A DNA stretch of 64,000 bases from Octopus vulgaris (lineage: Eukaryota). The notes under the pieces were generated by a model. It did not search any database. It saw only the letters and a list, made by a program, of their open reading frames with translations, and had not been told where the DNA came from. Below, piece by piece: positions 1 to 14,038 of the stretch. The stretch is taken from assembly GCA_951406725.2 (NCBI GenBank), contig OX597827.1:17856001-17920000 (forward strand), written 5' to 3'. How positions within the stretch are numbered: position 1 is the stretch's first letter; every line of letters starts with the position of its first letter. Made by a program: the position numbers and the translations under genes.

Positions 1-215
1 TTATATATTTAGATTTATATAAAAGAAAATTGGCCGAGGTTTGCTTCTCATTAGTTTGGGAGGCTAACTTTACAACAACACATAAAATTAATGCAAGCAA
101 TCATCAAGGAATGTTAAATATTCATTAATAAATAATTAAATAAATAAATAAACACTTGGAGTGATTGTAAGGTAACTATGTTATATATTTATGTGTGTGA
201 GTATGTGTGTGTATG

Positions 216-251
<36 letters not shown>

Positions 252-610
252 TATATACATATACACATATCAACGCATATACATTTATGTATACGCATGC
301 ATAAATATATATGTATTTATATATGTAATATATATATATAACACATATATATTATATATATATTTATATATATATATATTTATATATATATATTATATAT
401 ATATTTATATATATTATATATATATATATTATATATATGTGTGTGTGTGTGTGTGCGTGCGTGTGTGTGTACGTGTGTGTGTGCCTGTATGCGTGTATAT
501 TTAGACGTTAAAAAAATCCAGCTTTTCAATCAATATAAATAATTGACAAAAGCTTCATAGATTTAGTATTAAATCCTGACAGCAAATGCGGCTAATATAC
601 ATATATATAC

Positions 611-717
<107 letters not shown>

Positions 718-1608
718 TATATAGATATAGATATAGATATAGATATATATATATATATACATGTATATATGTATGTATTTATTCGTGTATATATATGTAT
801 ATATACGTGTGTTTGTGACTGCGTTTGTGTCTGTGTTTACATACATACATACACACACACACACACGCATATATATATGAGAGAAAGAAAGCGAGGTAAA
901 GTGACAATCAGCAAGAGGAAAAGAGAGTGAGGGAGCAAGAGAGAAGATCGCATATTAGAGCAGCAGCAGTGCCTTCCCATGTGATTTCAGATGAAGCGTA
1001 TGATGAGATTAAGATTGTTATGTCAGCAACATCCATCAAAGATGCCATCTTGCAGTGTTCAAAAGTTTACAGCATTTGTTGTTATCGTTGTCTTTGGGGC
1101 TTTTTTTTTTTTCGTTTGAGAGAAGGCAGAAGAGGGAGAGGGGTTATGCAACAGAGGAAATTGGTTACAAACAAGGATTTTGAAATGGAACCAAAGAAAA
1201 CGAAAACAAAAAGAAAACCTAATACAGTAAAAAGAACAAATACTACGTTCAAGAAAAATATTTGTGGCTGCGGTAATCGTTATGGAAGGCAATAATGTAG
1301 AGAATGATTTGTTGGTGTATTTCTTTCTATTTTTGTGCGTTATTTCAATGTTATCTGATTCAAAAGCTAGTATTTATTTCTAGTAGCAGTAACAGGAGGT
1401 GGGGGACACAATGATGGCCGCTACAACGACGGTGAAAACGAAAATAATTGCTCTTGCGACATTGCCAAATTGAACGAATTAGTTAACATCGTGTGTATAC
1501 ATGTGTAATACACGTGTGTGCGTCTATTCTTCATATATATATAATATACAATATGCTTTATATATATATACATAATATATACTATATATGCTATATAATA
1601 TATGTATA

Positions 1609-1648
<40 letters not shown>

Positions 1649-2492
1649 TATTATAAGATATATATAAATATGCATACAACATAGATATAAGGATACATGT
1701 ATGTCATTTACATATATATGAATATACATATGTATCTATATACATATATATGCATGTGTCTGTACGTATGTGTATATATGTGTGCATATGTGCATATATT
1801 TGTATTTTTATATACAAAAATATGCATAAAATATTTACTAATACATATATACATATACATATATATAGTATATATGCATAAATATACACAATATATATAT
1901 ATGTATATAAATGTATTTGTATGTGAGTGTGTTTATATGTATGTATGTATATGTATCTATATGTGTGTGTTGTGTGTGTGTGTGAAAGTATAAATTTATA
2001 TATATGTATATATGTATGTTTGTATGTATATAGTGCCATTTGCATTTAAATTGCATGACAAAAAACTGGTATTTATGGTATTTAGAACTCTCCGTGTGCA
2101 TTCTTCCGTGTCCAAAGTGAAAATTTGAGAACTATTATCTCTTCTGAGTTTCATTTGTTTGCAATCTACAATCTTGCATGTCACAGAGTACATAAATGAA
2201 ACCAAACAAAGCAGGCAATTCCATTTCTATGATATTCAGTTACATCATCTTACGAGTATTTCATTAACAGTTAATAACTATTAGTTATTTAAGTAAAATC
2301 GCGCAAATCGATAGCATTGTCAAATCTTCTGAGCAGCGTGACTCTGATTGATAACTTCTAGTATTCGTGGTAAACTGTCGACTGCGTTGTAGTAATAACG
2401 TGTTTAGTATTGTTTATTTACATATATGTCTTAACACATATTCTATATTTATATGTTCGCACATAAACACACAAATATCTACACACACATTC

Positions 2493-2575
<83 letters not shown>

Positions 2576-2577
<2 letters not shown>

Positions 2578-2775
2578 ACCTCGTGTATACCGTTGCCGAT
2601 TGTTTTCCTCTGTCTTCCCTTCTCTGGATCTTTCCTTCTCCTATGTTTCCGACGAAGAGCTCCGCTCGAAACGTTAAACCCTCCTTCTTTCCTTCTTTCC
2701 TGAGCGTCCAATAATACTATATTTGTTCCACGTCCTCGCGTTGTTGTGTTTTTTTGTGCTTTCTTGTTTGGATTA

Positions 2776-2780
<5 letters not shown>
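2576..2780 (+). mobile_element. Putative Penelope-like pLTR fragment, family P1
   Basis: Lies between (TG)n and (TA)n; homologous to 23346-23540 (-); carries a hammerhead motif at 2645-2679. Confidence 0.6.
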
Positions 2781-2827
<47 letters not shown>

Positions 2828-3562
2828 CATATATATAAAGATATGTATATTCATATGTATACATACATACGCACATACGTACATATATACATGCAAAGCT
2901 GATGAGCTTTCTCCATACCGAATCTATTAGTGGCACAGTATAGATTTGTAGGAGATTCCAAAGATTCTCCATCTCAGATTCTTTTTATGAACAGATGCAT
3001 ACATTCGGTTGTGTGCATCGACAGTTCAACTAATATAAAATTCAACGACATATTTACAAACATCAGGAACCTTCTTATCCTCCAAATCTCCTGTCGCTTT
3101 GCTAGTGTCCTAAAAACTTAAATTAACTTAACTCTGTAAAACTGAAATTAACTTAAAGAAAATCATACATACGTACATACATACATACATACATACATAC
3201 GTACATACATACATACATACATACAAGCAAACATATACAGGTATTCACATGGTGCATGGTTTGCACGGTTTCCATATCGCATGGTTTTGGTGATTCCGTT
3301 ATTTTAACTTATGCCTTATGTGCACAGAATCAACGCTGTCGTTTTCTTATCACTTTTACGTCATTATATTTTTGCCTTGCTTATGTGTCGGAACAATGAA
3401 TTATTATTATTATTATTTGTTAATATTTTGATACATTAATATATTCAAAATTGAATATATTAATATTAATTTCAAATATCAATATTAATATTAATATTAA
3501 TAACAACAATATTAATATTAATATTAATATCAAATATCAATATTAATATAAATATCAAATAT

Positions 3563-3886
3563 CTGCTATAGCCCCGGGCCGACCAATGCCTTGTGAATGG
3601 ATTTGGTAGACGGAAACTGAAAGAAGCCTGTCGTATATATGTATATATATATAAGTGTGTGTGTATATGTTTGTGTGTCTGTGTTTTCCCCCTAGCATTG
3701 CTTGACAACCGATGCTGGTGTGTTTACGTCCCCGTCACTTAGCGGTTCGGCAAAAGAGACCGATAGAATAAGTACTGGGGTTACAAAGAATAAGTCCTGG
3801 GGTCGATTTGCTCGACTAAAGGCGGTGCTCCAGCATGGCCGCAGTCAAATGACTGAAACACGTAAAAAGAGTAAAGAGTAAGAGTA
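3563..3886 (+). mobile_element. SINE family A, 5'-truncated
   Basis: Homology to 5420-5830. Confidence 0.88.
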
Positions 3887-4292
3887 TCAGCGAAGTCAAT
3901 TAAAGAAATGATGATTAACATATTAAGTCAAATTTAGCGCAGAAATGTTCGACAAACACTACGAAATTGTAAGAACTATTTAAAAGAAAATGAAGGAAAA
4001 GAATTACAGCCAGGAAAATCGCGTGATCTTCAGTAACTTTGATGCATATATCATACTCACATGGTGACGTTATGGAAACAGTTGTATATTTGTGTATGTG
4101 TGCATGTGTTATTTATACGTATATACGTATTTTACACATACACGCACACACGCGCGCGTGTGATTTAAATATATGTGTGTGTGTGTGTGTGCGTGAATGT
4201 ATGTATGCGTGTGTGTTTGTCTGTGTATGTGTTTGTGTGTGTGCGTGCACTTTTAAAGAGCTTCCCTTCTGGGAAAAGTGGGGTGCAACTGC

Positions 4293-4358
<66 letters not shown>

Positions 4359-4406
4359 GTGTGTGGTGTTATATATATATATATATACATTACATGTAGT
4401 ATATGT

Positions 4407-4437
<31 letters not shown>

Positions 4438-4484
4438 AGTATATCTATATGAGTGTGTTGAGTGTGTGCGTGTACGTATAGTAC

Positions 4485-4625
<141 letters not shown>

Positions 4626-4884
4626 CAGATAGAGAGAGTCAGACAGACAGACAGACAGACAGAGAAGGAAGAGTGACAGAAAGGCATCTAAATTAAATTT
4701 CATTCGTAAATGATGAGATAGCATATGATACCACAAAAAAAAAACAGTTAACGTTTCGTATTGTAAACAAATCGTTCGCTCGCTTATCTGTAAATCAGTG
4801 CACGGCTTTTGTTATTCTAATTTCTGTGTGAGAGTGAATGTGTGCAATTCTGCACATCAGTGTCTTTCTCTGTATGTAAATTGA

Positions 4885-4915
<31 letters not shown>

Positions 4916-5419
4916 TGTATGTATGTATGTATGTATGTATGTATGTATGTATGTATGTATGTATGTATGTATGTACGTATGTATGCATGTATGTACGTAT
5001 GTATGTATGTTTTCATCAGCCTTTAATTAAATTCTTCCTCTCAGGAAGGAGCTAGTTTCTAACAAAGAAACAAAGCTCCATCGCTGGAATGTAGATAACA
5101 AATAATGTCACATTTTAAACTTCAGAAAGTCTTGCATATTTTTACTGTACCACTTATACATTGTATTTGTAATGAAGGAGTTGTTTGATTTACTCTTCTG
5201 AAAAATTTAGCTTAATCAGTTAGACATTTACTCACAAAACGAAGTGCATCAGTTACCATTTGATATAAATGTGAATCTGTGTGTATGTATGTATGTATGT
5301 ATGTATGTATGTATGTATGTATGTATGTATGTATGTATGTATATGTGTGTGTATGCGAGTAACGTAAGCGTTTTTGTTATGAATGGTGCCTTTGAGTCAA
5401 AGTTCTATATATATATATA

Positions 5420-5830
5420 TACTCTTTTACTCTTTTACTTGTTTCAGTCATTTGACTGCGGCCATGCTGGAGACCGCCTTTAATCGAGCAACTCGACCCC
5501 GGGACTTATTCTTTTGTAAGCCCAGTGCTTATTCTATCGGTCTCTTTTGCCAAACCGCTAAGTAACGGGGACATAAACACACCAGCATCGGTTGTCAAGC
5601 AATGCTAGGGGGACAAACACAGACACACAAACACACACACGCATATATATATATATAAATATATACGACGGACTTCTTTCAGTTTCCGTCTACCAAATCC
5701 ACTCACAAGGCTTTGGTCGGCCCGAGGCTATAGTAGAAGACACCTGCCCAAGATGCCACGCAGTGGGACTGAACCCGGAACCGTGTGGTTGGTAAACAAG
5801 CTACTTACCACACAGCCACTTCTGCGCCTA
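5420..5830 (-). mobile_element. tRNA-derived SINE family A, full length
   Basis: Head aggcgcagaagtggctgtgtgg (A box) ...ggttcagtccc (B box); internal microsatellite; (aagagta)n tail; about 11 copies in the window. Confidence 0.9.
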
Positions 5831-5981
5831 TATATATATATCCACACACATCCACACACACATATATAGCATATATATCAATGTACGTATGTATGTGTGT
5901 GTGCATTCTCGCATGTATGCGAGTAATGTACGCGCTTTTGTTACGAATGGTGTCTTTGAGTCAAAGTGCTATATATTTGTG

Positions 5982-6095
<114 letters not shown>

Positions 6096-6492
6096 CTTCA
6101 CAGCTGAGAAATAATTGTATTTATACTTATAGCTGTATTATGAACACTGTATTAATAGAGAAACAGAAAAACAATAATAATATTGTTAAACAATAAAAAC
6201 ATAGAAAAATAATCTATTCAAATATGTCGACTTTCAGGGGGTCTTAATCTTGAGCAACAACTGTTTATTTATAACGTAAGTCCAACGCCAAATATTTGCG
6301 TAGGGTTGGCGGATATGTGCATACAATCGATTATTTCAACCACAGTAATTGCTCGGTATTTTGTTTCAGCGATCACTGAAGAATATAAGGCAAAGCTGAT
6401 TTAGACGGAATTTTAACTCAGTGTTTACAGGGAATTAATTAAGAACCGCAAAGTGTCTTATCAGATGCTTTGCCGAAACTGTCATCCGCTGT

Positions 6493-7261
6493 AGGGCGGC
6501 GAGCTGGTAGAAACGTTAGCACGCCGGGCGAAATGCTTAGCGGTATTTCGTCTGCCGCTACGTTCTGAGTTCAAATTCCGCCGAGGTCGACTTTGCCTTT
6601 CATCCTTTCGGGGTCGATTAAATAAGTATCAGTTATTCACTGGGGTCGATATAATCGACTTAATCCGTTTCTCTGTCATTGTTTGTCCTCTCTGTGTTTA
6701 GCCCCTTGTGGGTAGTAAAGAAATAGGTATTTCGTTCGTCTTTACGTTCTGAGTTAAATTCCGCCGAGGTCGACTTTGCCTTTTATCCTTTCGGGGTTGA
6801 TTAAATAAGTACCAGTTACGCACTGGAGTCGATGTAATCGACTTAATACCTTTGTCTGTTCTTGTTTGTCCCCTCTATGTTTAGCTCCTTATGGGCAATA
6901 AAGAAATAGGTATTTTGTCTGCCGCTACGTTCTGAGTTCAAATTCCGCAGAGGTCGACTTTGCCTTTCATCCTTTCGGGGTCGATTAAATAAGTACCAGT
7001 TACGCACTGGGATCGATATAATCGACTTAATCCGTTTGTGCGTCCTTGTTTGGCCTCTCTGTGTTTATCCCCTTGTGGATAGTAAAGAAATGGGTATTAC
7101 GTCTGCCGCTATGTTCTGAGTTCAAATTCCGCCGAGGTCGAATTTTCCATTAATCCTTTCGGTGTTGATGAAATAAGTACCAGTTGAACACTGGGGTCGA
7201 TATAATCGACTAGCCCTGTCCCATAAAATTTCAGGCCTTGTACATAGAGTAGAAAGAAAAA
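6493..7261 (+). mobile_element. SINE family B tetramer with one 18-bp TSD
   Basis: One head plus four cores of about 180 bp (gtcgactttgcctttcatcctttcggggtcga, resembling the Meta/MESC SINE domain); TSD gaaactgtcatccgctgt at 6475-92 and 7262-79. Confidence 0.92.
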
Positions 7262-9048
7262 GAAACTGTCATCCGCTGTCTCTTAAGCTGCGAATATTTA
7301 AGAGCCAGAGAGAGAAACTTAACCACCTAGAAATAGTAATGAAATCTTTAATTCACATCTTGTTTTCTTAAAATAAACGGAGCTAAACACATTGTCCAAA
7401 TTATACGAGTAAGTTTTTCAAATATTTTTCTTGAGCCCCAGTCGGATTATAATGTTACTATGCAGTATAAATGACCGGGTTCACAATAATATCCCTGAAC
7501 GGGACTCCAGTACGTTACAGAATCCAAGGCCAATAATCTTGACGGGAGGAAACAAGACGACAACGTCGACCCTAGTATTTGAGTGGTGCATTACTTTAAC
7601 AGCCCCGAAGGGATGAAAAGCAAAGTCGACCTTGCGGGATTTGAACTTAGAACTTAAAGACCCGGAAGAAATGATGCTAAGCCTTCTTTCTGATAAGCTA
7701 ATGATTCTGCCAGCACGCTGCTGTAGTTGAATAAATTACGTCTAAAAAAATAAATATCGAGATGTTCGTGTGGGGAATGCTTTCGCAGTTAAAGAAAAGC
7801 AGTAACAGCAACAGCTGTTGAGACACCATGGCCCAGTGGTTAGGGTAGCGGACTCGCGGTCGTGAGATCGCGGTTTCGATTCCCAGACCAGGCATTGTGA
7901 GTGTTTATTGAACAAAAACACCTAAGCTCCACGAGGCTCCAGCGGAGAGGGGGTGAACCCCGCTGTACTCTTTCACCACAACTTTCTCTTACTCTTTCTT
8001 CCTACTTCTGCCACAAAGCAGAGGAACCATGATGTAACCCACTATGGTGTGGTAAACTTTCAGACCCTAGTCTAGATTGCGAATCCTCTGTACCCCAGGA
8101 TGGTTCAGCTCTCCACCCGTTAAAAACCACCGTTTACGCCAGTCTATCGAGTATGGTGGGTGTTTATTCAAGTTGCCACACGCATTCTTAGTAGCTTAGA
8201 GTAGGCTCGAATTAGAGATTATTCTTTGTGGCTAATGGCGTGAGTCCTGATTGGGAAATGAAGAAGAAGAAGAAGAAGAAGAAGAAGAAGAAGAAGAAGA
8301 AGAAGAAGAAGAAGAAGAAGAAGACAGCAACAGCTGCAAACACATCGTCTGCTACTGACATATTTCTCTTTTCTTCTCTTTTTGTTTTGTTTTTGCACCG
8401 TAAGTCTGTAAGATACTATCAACAGACAGACGAATACCGCAGTATATTTGACCTTCAATAACGTGTCTACTTTAAGTAAGATACACAGACTGCTGTTTTT
8501 TTAACTAATACTGCTTCTGTCGCATATTACTAACTTTTATTCGGCTTGCTGGCAATTTGTGTCACCAGTGTTTTTTCAGTCACTTTTTTACTATATCTTT
8601 AAGAGCGGATTTTGTCTTAGTATGTTTTCCCCGACGAAGCAGAAAGAGCCCGAAATGCGCATTTAGCAATGCCATCACAGCTGCTGGGTGATTTTCGCTT
8701 CCTACATATATATATACTTTATGTTTTTCACACTCTACGTTTATAAGACCAACTACATCTGGGGCAACACTGTAAATTACTAGGCATTCAATGATGAATT
8801 TGTTTTAAGTATGATACACAGATTCCTACTTTAAACTAATCCTCCATCTATCCCACATAACGAATTTTTATTCAGCCTGCAAATTAATTGTGACGCTGAT
8901 GGGTTTTTCACTCACTGTTTACTGTATCAGTAACGACGGATTTTGTCTCAGCATGCAATTACAAGTGAACAGGCGTTATTGACGAAGTTCATCGAAGAAG
9001 AAATGCACATTTAGCAATGTTAGCAACTACTGATATATATTTGCTTTT

Positions 9049-9246
9049 GAACTCAGACGCCATGATTGATCGTTAGCCACTACACACTTTTTTTCTCTCC
9101 TTGTTTTCTGTGTCCCTTTCTGTAGAAGAGCGTAGGCTCGAAACGTAAAAGACTTTTTCTATTCCTGAGCGTTATACTAATACATCTGTTTGTTTTGAAC
9201 ACCACCTATCTTCGTCTTTTGTTTGTTTTTTTTCGTAAACTCTCCC
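9049..9246 (+). mobile_element. Putative Penelope-like pLTR, family P2, with 11-bp TSD
   Basis: TSD tatttgctttt at 9038-9048 and 9247-9257; hammerhead-like CUUU CUGUAGA A GAGC-GUAG-GCUC GAAA CG UA AAAG at 9116-9151; shares ttcctgagcg with P1. Confidence 0.65.
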
Positions 9247-9855
9247 TATTTGCTTTTAATACTGTACGTCTATGATAACTACTATTTTGTGACGAATGAC
9301 GCAACTTATTAGGCTTTCAACGATAAAGCTACCTTAAGTATAGTAAACAGTTTGCTTGTTTTCTGTGTCCCTTTCTGTAGAAGAGCGTAGGCTCGAAACG
9401 TAAAAGACTTTTTTCTATTCCTGAGCGTTCTACTAATACATCTGTTTGTTTTGAACACCACCTAATTTCGTCTTTTGTTTTTTTTTTTTCGCAAACTCTC
9501 CCTAATTGCTTTTAATACTGTACGTCTATGATAACTACTATTTTGTGACGAATGACGCAACTTATTTGGCTTTCAACGATAAAGCTACCTTATGTATAGT
9601 AAACAGTTTGCTTGTTTTCTGTGTCCCTTTCTGTAGAAGAGCGTAGGCTCGAAACGTAAAAGACTTTTTCTATTCCTGAGCGTTATACTAATACATCTGT
9701 TTGTTCTGTACACCACCTGTCTTCATCTTTTGTTTTTATTTTTTCGTAAACTCTCCCTATTTGCTTTTAATACTGTACGTCTATAACTACTATTTTGTGA
9801 CGAATGACGCAACTTAGGCTTTCAACGATAAGTATAAGTATAGTAAATAGTTTGT
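9100..9855 (+). repeat. Three tandem units of about 255 bp (P2 3' part plus about 105 bp of flank)
   Basis: Near-identical units start at 9100, 9355 and 9611. Confidence 0.95.
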
Positions 9856-10732
9856 TATTTTAAACTAATAATAATAAGTATAAGTATAGTAAACAGTTTG
9901 TTATTTTAAACTAATATTGTATATTTTGTACATAAAGAATATACAGTTATATGTCAATGATAAACAAAGCCTGAACCTTTATGAAGTTCGCATCAGCGCA
10001 TAACACTGTGAATGACATAATAGTATGTACGAATATCATAAAGATCATGGTCTTGCTTTTAGTTTAATGTTCCATTGAAAATTGCTATCAAAACTTCATA
10101 AGAGCTTTGTTAAAATTAGAATGATTTAAAATGTAAAATTTTCTCTATACTCTTTATTAATTTTATCATTTCACAAGTCCTCCGTGTTTGCGTAATACAA
10201 GCGAGAAGGCCATATTATGATCGAATAAATTTATTTGATCGATGGTGTGTTGTATAAATTGAATTAAAGTAAAATATTTCTAGCGTTACTGTAGAAATAA
10301 TTAAGTGATTGTAATTTCTATATTGTAAACACGGCGGATTAATTTCAAAAAAAAAAGAAAAAAGAAAAAAAACAAAGTTCACCGCGATTTCGACCCGACT
10401 GAGGTTCATTCAACCTCAATGAAGTTATAAACCGTTCATGCTCATGCATATCAGATTGCAAATACACACACACACACACACGCACATACACACACATGCA
10501 TGTATATGTAAATATACATATATAAATACATATACATAAATATATATATATATATATGCATATGCAAATATATAAGTGTATATACACATATATGTATATA
10601 CACATATATGCATATATATATATATATATATGTGTGTGCGTGTGTGTGTGTATGTATTGATATGTATATATATAATATATATATATATATACATAAATAT
10701 CTATGTACACACATATGCATAGACAGTTATAC

Positions 10733-10778
<46 letters not shown>

Positions 10779-10874
10779 ACATGCAAATACATATACGTAT
10801 ACATGTATATGTATGTAAGTATGTATGTATGTATCCACATGGATAGATACACACACACACACATATGTATATAT

Positions 10875-10939
<65 letters not shown>

Positions 10940-11211
10940 TCAATAGCAAAAATAATTTTAATTCGTTGATTATACTCGGCAATTATTACCCGATGGAAAT
11001 TATGCAACATCCCACGGGGAATTGGAATGAATTAAATCCACATAACGGAAAGTTTCTAGTTTTGTTCAAAAACAATTCTAAAATTATAATTCATCAGGTG
11101 GAAAGTTAGAGTGAGACAACCGACCGGCTGCTCTTTCGACCTTCTTTGGTCTGGTCAACTTCAGCGTCGGTGCAGTTATCTCCGTGTCTATGGATGTTGC
11201 TTTGCATGTGT

Positions 11212-11257
<46 letters not shown>

Positions 11258-11304
11258 GTATGTATAGAGGTTATTCTTTCATTTGTTTCTCTTATTTCTC
11301 GTTA

Positions 11305-11372
11305 AGTATTTCAGCCTTTGTGCTAAGGTCAAGCTGGAGCACCACCTTGAAAAGTTTAACTGAATGAATCGA

Positions 11373-11433
<61 letters not shown>

Positions 11434-11556
11434 CTACAGGCTTCTTTCAGTTTCCTTCTACCAAATCGACTGGCAAGATATTGGTTGGCCCGAGGCTATA
11501 GCATAAGACACTTGCTCAAGGTGTCATACAGTGGCACGGAACCTGGAACCATGTGG
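11305..11556 (-). mobile_element. SINE family A, diverged
   Basis: Partial homology. Confidence 0.75.
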
Positions 11557-11591
11557 TGTGTGTGCGTGTATGCGTGAGAGAGGAAGAGATA

Positions 11592-11643
<52 letters not shown>

Positions 11644-12061
11644 ATGAAAGAAAGAAAGAAAGACAGAATGAAAGAATGAATGAAAGAAAGAAAGAAAGAT
11701 AGAAAGAAAGAAAGAAAGAAAGAAAGGAAGAAAGATGGCGAGGAAGAGAGCATCACTCTCATACCAGCAGTGTCGTTTATTTCCAATATTCTATCTGACA
11801 AGAAGTCGGTGGACTGACAGAGTCGTTTGCATTTCGGTATTTCGTCTGTCGTTATGTTCGGAGTTCAAGTTCCGCCGAGGTCGACTTTGCCTTCCATTTT
11901 TTGTCGAGGTTGATAAAATAAGTACCAGTTGAACACTTGGGTCGATGTAATCGACTTATTCCTTCCCCCGAAATTGCTGGCCTTTTGTCAAATTTGAAAT
12001 CGATATTATATGTCGATAGGTATTGAATTTTTTATTTCTTGTGTAGAGGCAGTATTTAGAG

Positions 12062-12099
<38 letters not shown>

Positions 12100-12288
12100 C
12101 ACACTGTTAGTGAGGTTGTATGTATGTACATGTGCATGGTTAGGGTTCATAGCCTCATGGTTAGAGCGTTGGTCTCGCGATCGCGAGATCGTGGTCCGGG
12201 ATTCTGGACCGGGTGGTGTGTTATGCTCTTCGGTAAAAACCTTCGTCTCACGTTGCTCTGGGATCATTTCGACAACTGATGTGTAGTA

Positions 12289-12525
12289 TACCTATTTCTT
12301 TACTACCCACAAGGGGCTAAACACAGAGGGGACAAACAAGGACAGACAAACGGATTAAGTCGATTACATCGACCCCAGTGCGTAACTGGTACTTATTTAA
12401 TCGACCCCGAAAGGATGAAAGGCAAAGTCGACCTCGGCGGAATTTGAACTCAGAACGTAACGGCAGACGAAATACCACTGATCATTTCGCCTGGCATGCT
12501 AACATTTCTGCCAGCTGACCGCCTT
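12289..12525 (-). mobile_element. SINE family B monomer nested in a CORE-type SINE (about 12150-12700, +)
   Basis: Homology; host sequence caactgatgtgta is duplicated on both sides. An older B copy lies at 11806-12005 (+). Confidence 0.88.
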
Positions 12526-12848
12526 TGTGTAGTTGTATACTACACAACTGATGTGTAATATACCGTGCACCTGTTCAGGTAACATCGATTTTGATGGGAT
12601 GCGTGAGCTACTGCACATTTGATCACCATAAGCAAATCATCTGTGCGGGTTATTCAGCATGAAATTACAGGAACTTCTTTCTCGGACTATCAGAGCATGT
12701 GCGTGAATATGCGTGCTTCTCTCTCTCTCTCTCTTTCTCCCTCTTTTCCTCTCTCTCTCTCCCTCTCTCTTTCTCCTCCTCTCTCTTTCTCTGTTTCTCG
12801 CTTTCCCTCGCTCAGTGTTAGTGTGTTAAGTCAATGATAATTACTTAC

Positions 12849-12926
12849 GTAATTGATCACCAGACCCCACCGGATTGAATCCGTTTCGAATTCTGATATG
12901 GACAGCATATCTCCACCACAGAACAG
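12849..12926 (-). CDS. BTBD16: BTBD16-like protein, internal exon (last found in window)
   Basis: Acceptor ggtcttttccag|, donor |gtaagt; 78 bp, phase 0 to 0. LFCGGDMLSISEFETDSIRWGLVINY vs recalled [26 protein letters not shown]. Confidence 0.92.
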
Positions 12927-12954
12927 CTGGAAAAGACCACATAAGAAGGCAAGT

Positions 12955-13009
12955 TATACGCATACGTTCAAACATACATGCATGCATAAATACTTAATAC
13001 ATACACACG

Positions 13010-13043
<34 letters not shown>

Positions 13044-13770
13044 CATACATACATACATACACACATGCATACATACATAGACACACACGCATACATACAT
13101 ACATACGTACATAGATACATACATACACACATACATACATACATACATACATACATACATGCATACATACATGCATACATACATGCATACATACATACAT
13201 ACATACACACATACATAGACACACACACGCATACATACATACATACATACATACATACGTACATAGATACATATATGCATACATACATACATACATACAC
13301 ACATACATAGACACACACACGCAAACATACATACATACATACATACATACATACATACATACATACATACATACATACATACATACATACATAGCAACTG
13401 GTACGGAGCAAAATATGGCTGAGAATTGCGAGATCTTCTTAAGATTTTAAAGGATGATGGTTTCAAAGACGCTTTCCTCCATAACTTTGCTACCAAGTAG
13501 GTGGCCGGTCACAATTATTCTAAATTAAAACGAGAGAACAAACATACATACACGCGTACATGCATACATACATACATACATACATACATACATACATACA
13601 TACATACATACATACATACATACATACATACATACATACATACATACATACATACGTACGTACGTACATACATACATACATACATACGTACGTACGTACG
13701 TACATACATACATACATACATACATACATACATACATACATACATACATACATACATACATACATACACA
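12955..13770. repeat. (TACA)n tracts; representative of dozens of (TA)n, (CA)n, (GATA)n and (TACA)n microsatellites in the window
   Basis: Direct reading. Confidence 0.97.
13393..13545 (+). mobile_element. Possible second RLE LINE 3' end within (TACA)n
   Basis: ATGT...CEIFLRF* followed by a short UTR; TACA tracts on both sides. Confidence 0.45.
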
Positions 13771-14005
13771 TATACATGTTTGTCATTGTAATTATTGGGG
13801 CACAGGGATAAAAGCACCAATCTTGAGAAATTAGGCTTCTCAAAGTCAGAAAGGAGAAAGCTGATTCGAAGACTATAGATCGAAGCCATCACTGGAACTG
13901 TAAAATGTTGTCAAACTTTCCAGAAGTTTATCATTTAAGTATATTTGCACATGTATAGACATACACTATATGCATGAGAATACATGCATGAAACGAAACA
14001 TACAT
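13770..14005 (+). mobile_element. R4/Dong-type (RLE) LINE 3' end after (TACA)n
   Basis: YMFVIVIIGAQG / STNLEKLGFSKSERRKLIRRL*IEAITGTVKCCQTFQKFII*, the RLE C-terminal pattern. Confidence 0.75.
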
Positions 14006-14038
14006 ATATGCACATGCACTCACTCCTAATACTGCACA

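Noticed and set aside
2040-2226. Possible downstream BTBD16 exon (MYSVTCKIVDCK...QIFTLDTEEC; other frame ELPALFGFIYVL)
   Set aside because: Weak resemblance split over two frames, a poor acceptor, no clear donor, and the intervening exon was not found. Worth a TBLASTN check only.
10999-11077. Candidate minus exon (TRNFPLCGFNSF)
   Set aside because: Needs phase 1 entry, but the preceding exon ends in phase 0; the phase 0 reading hits a stop.
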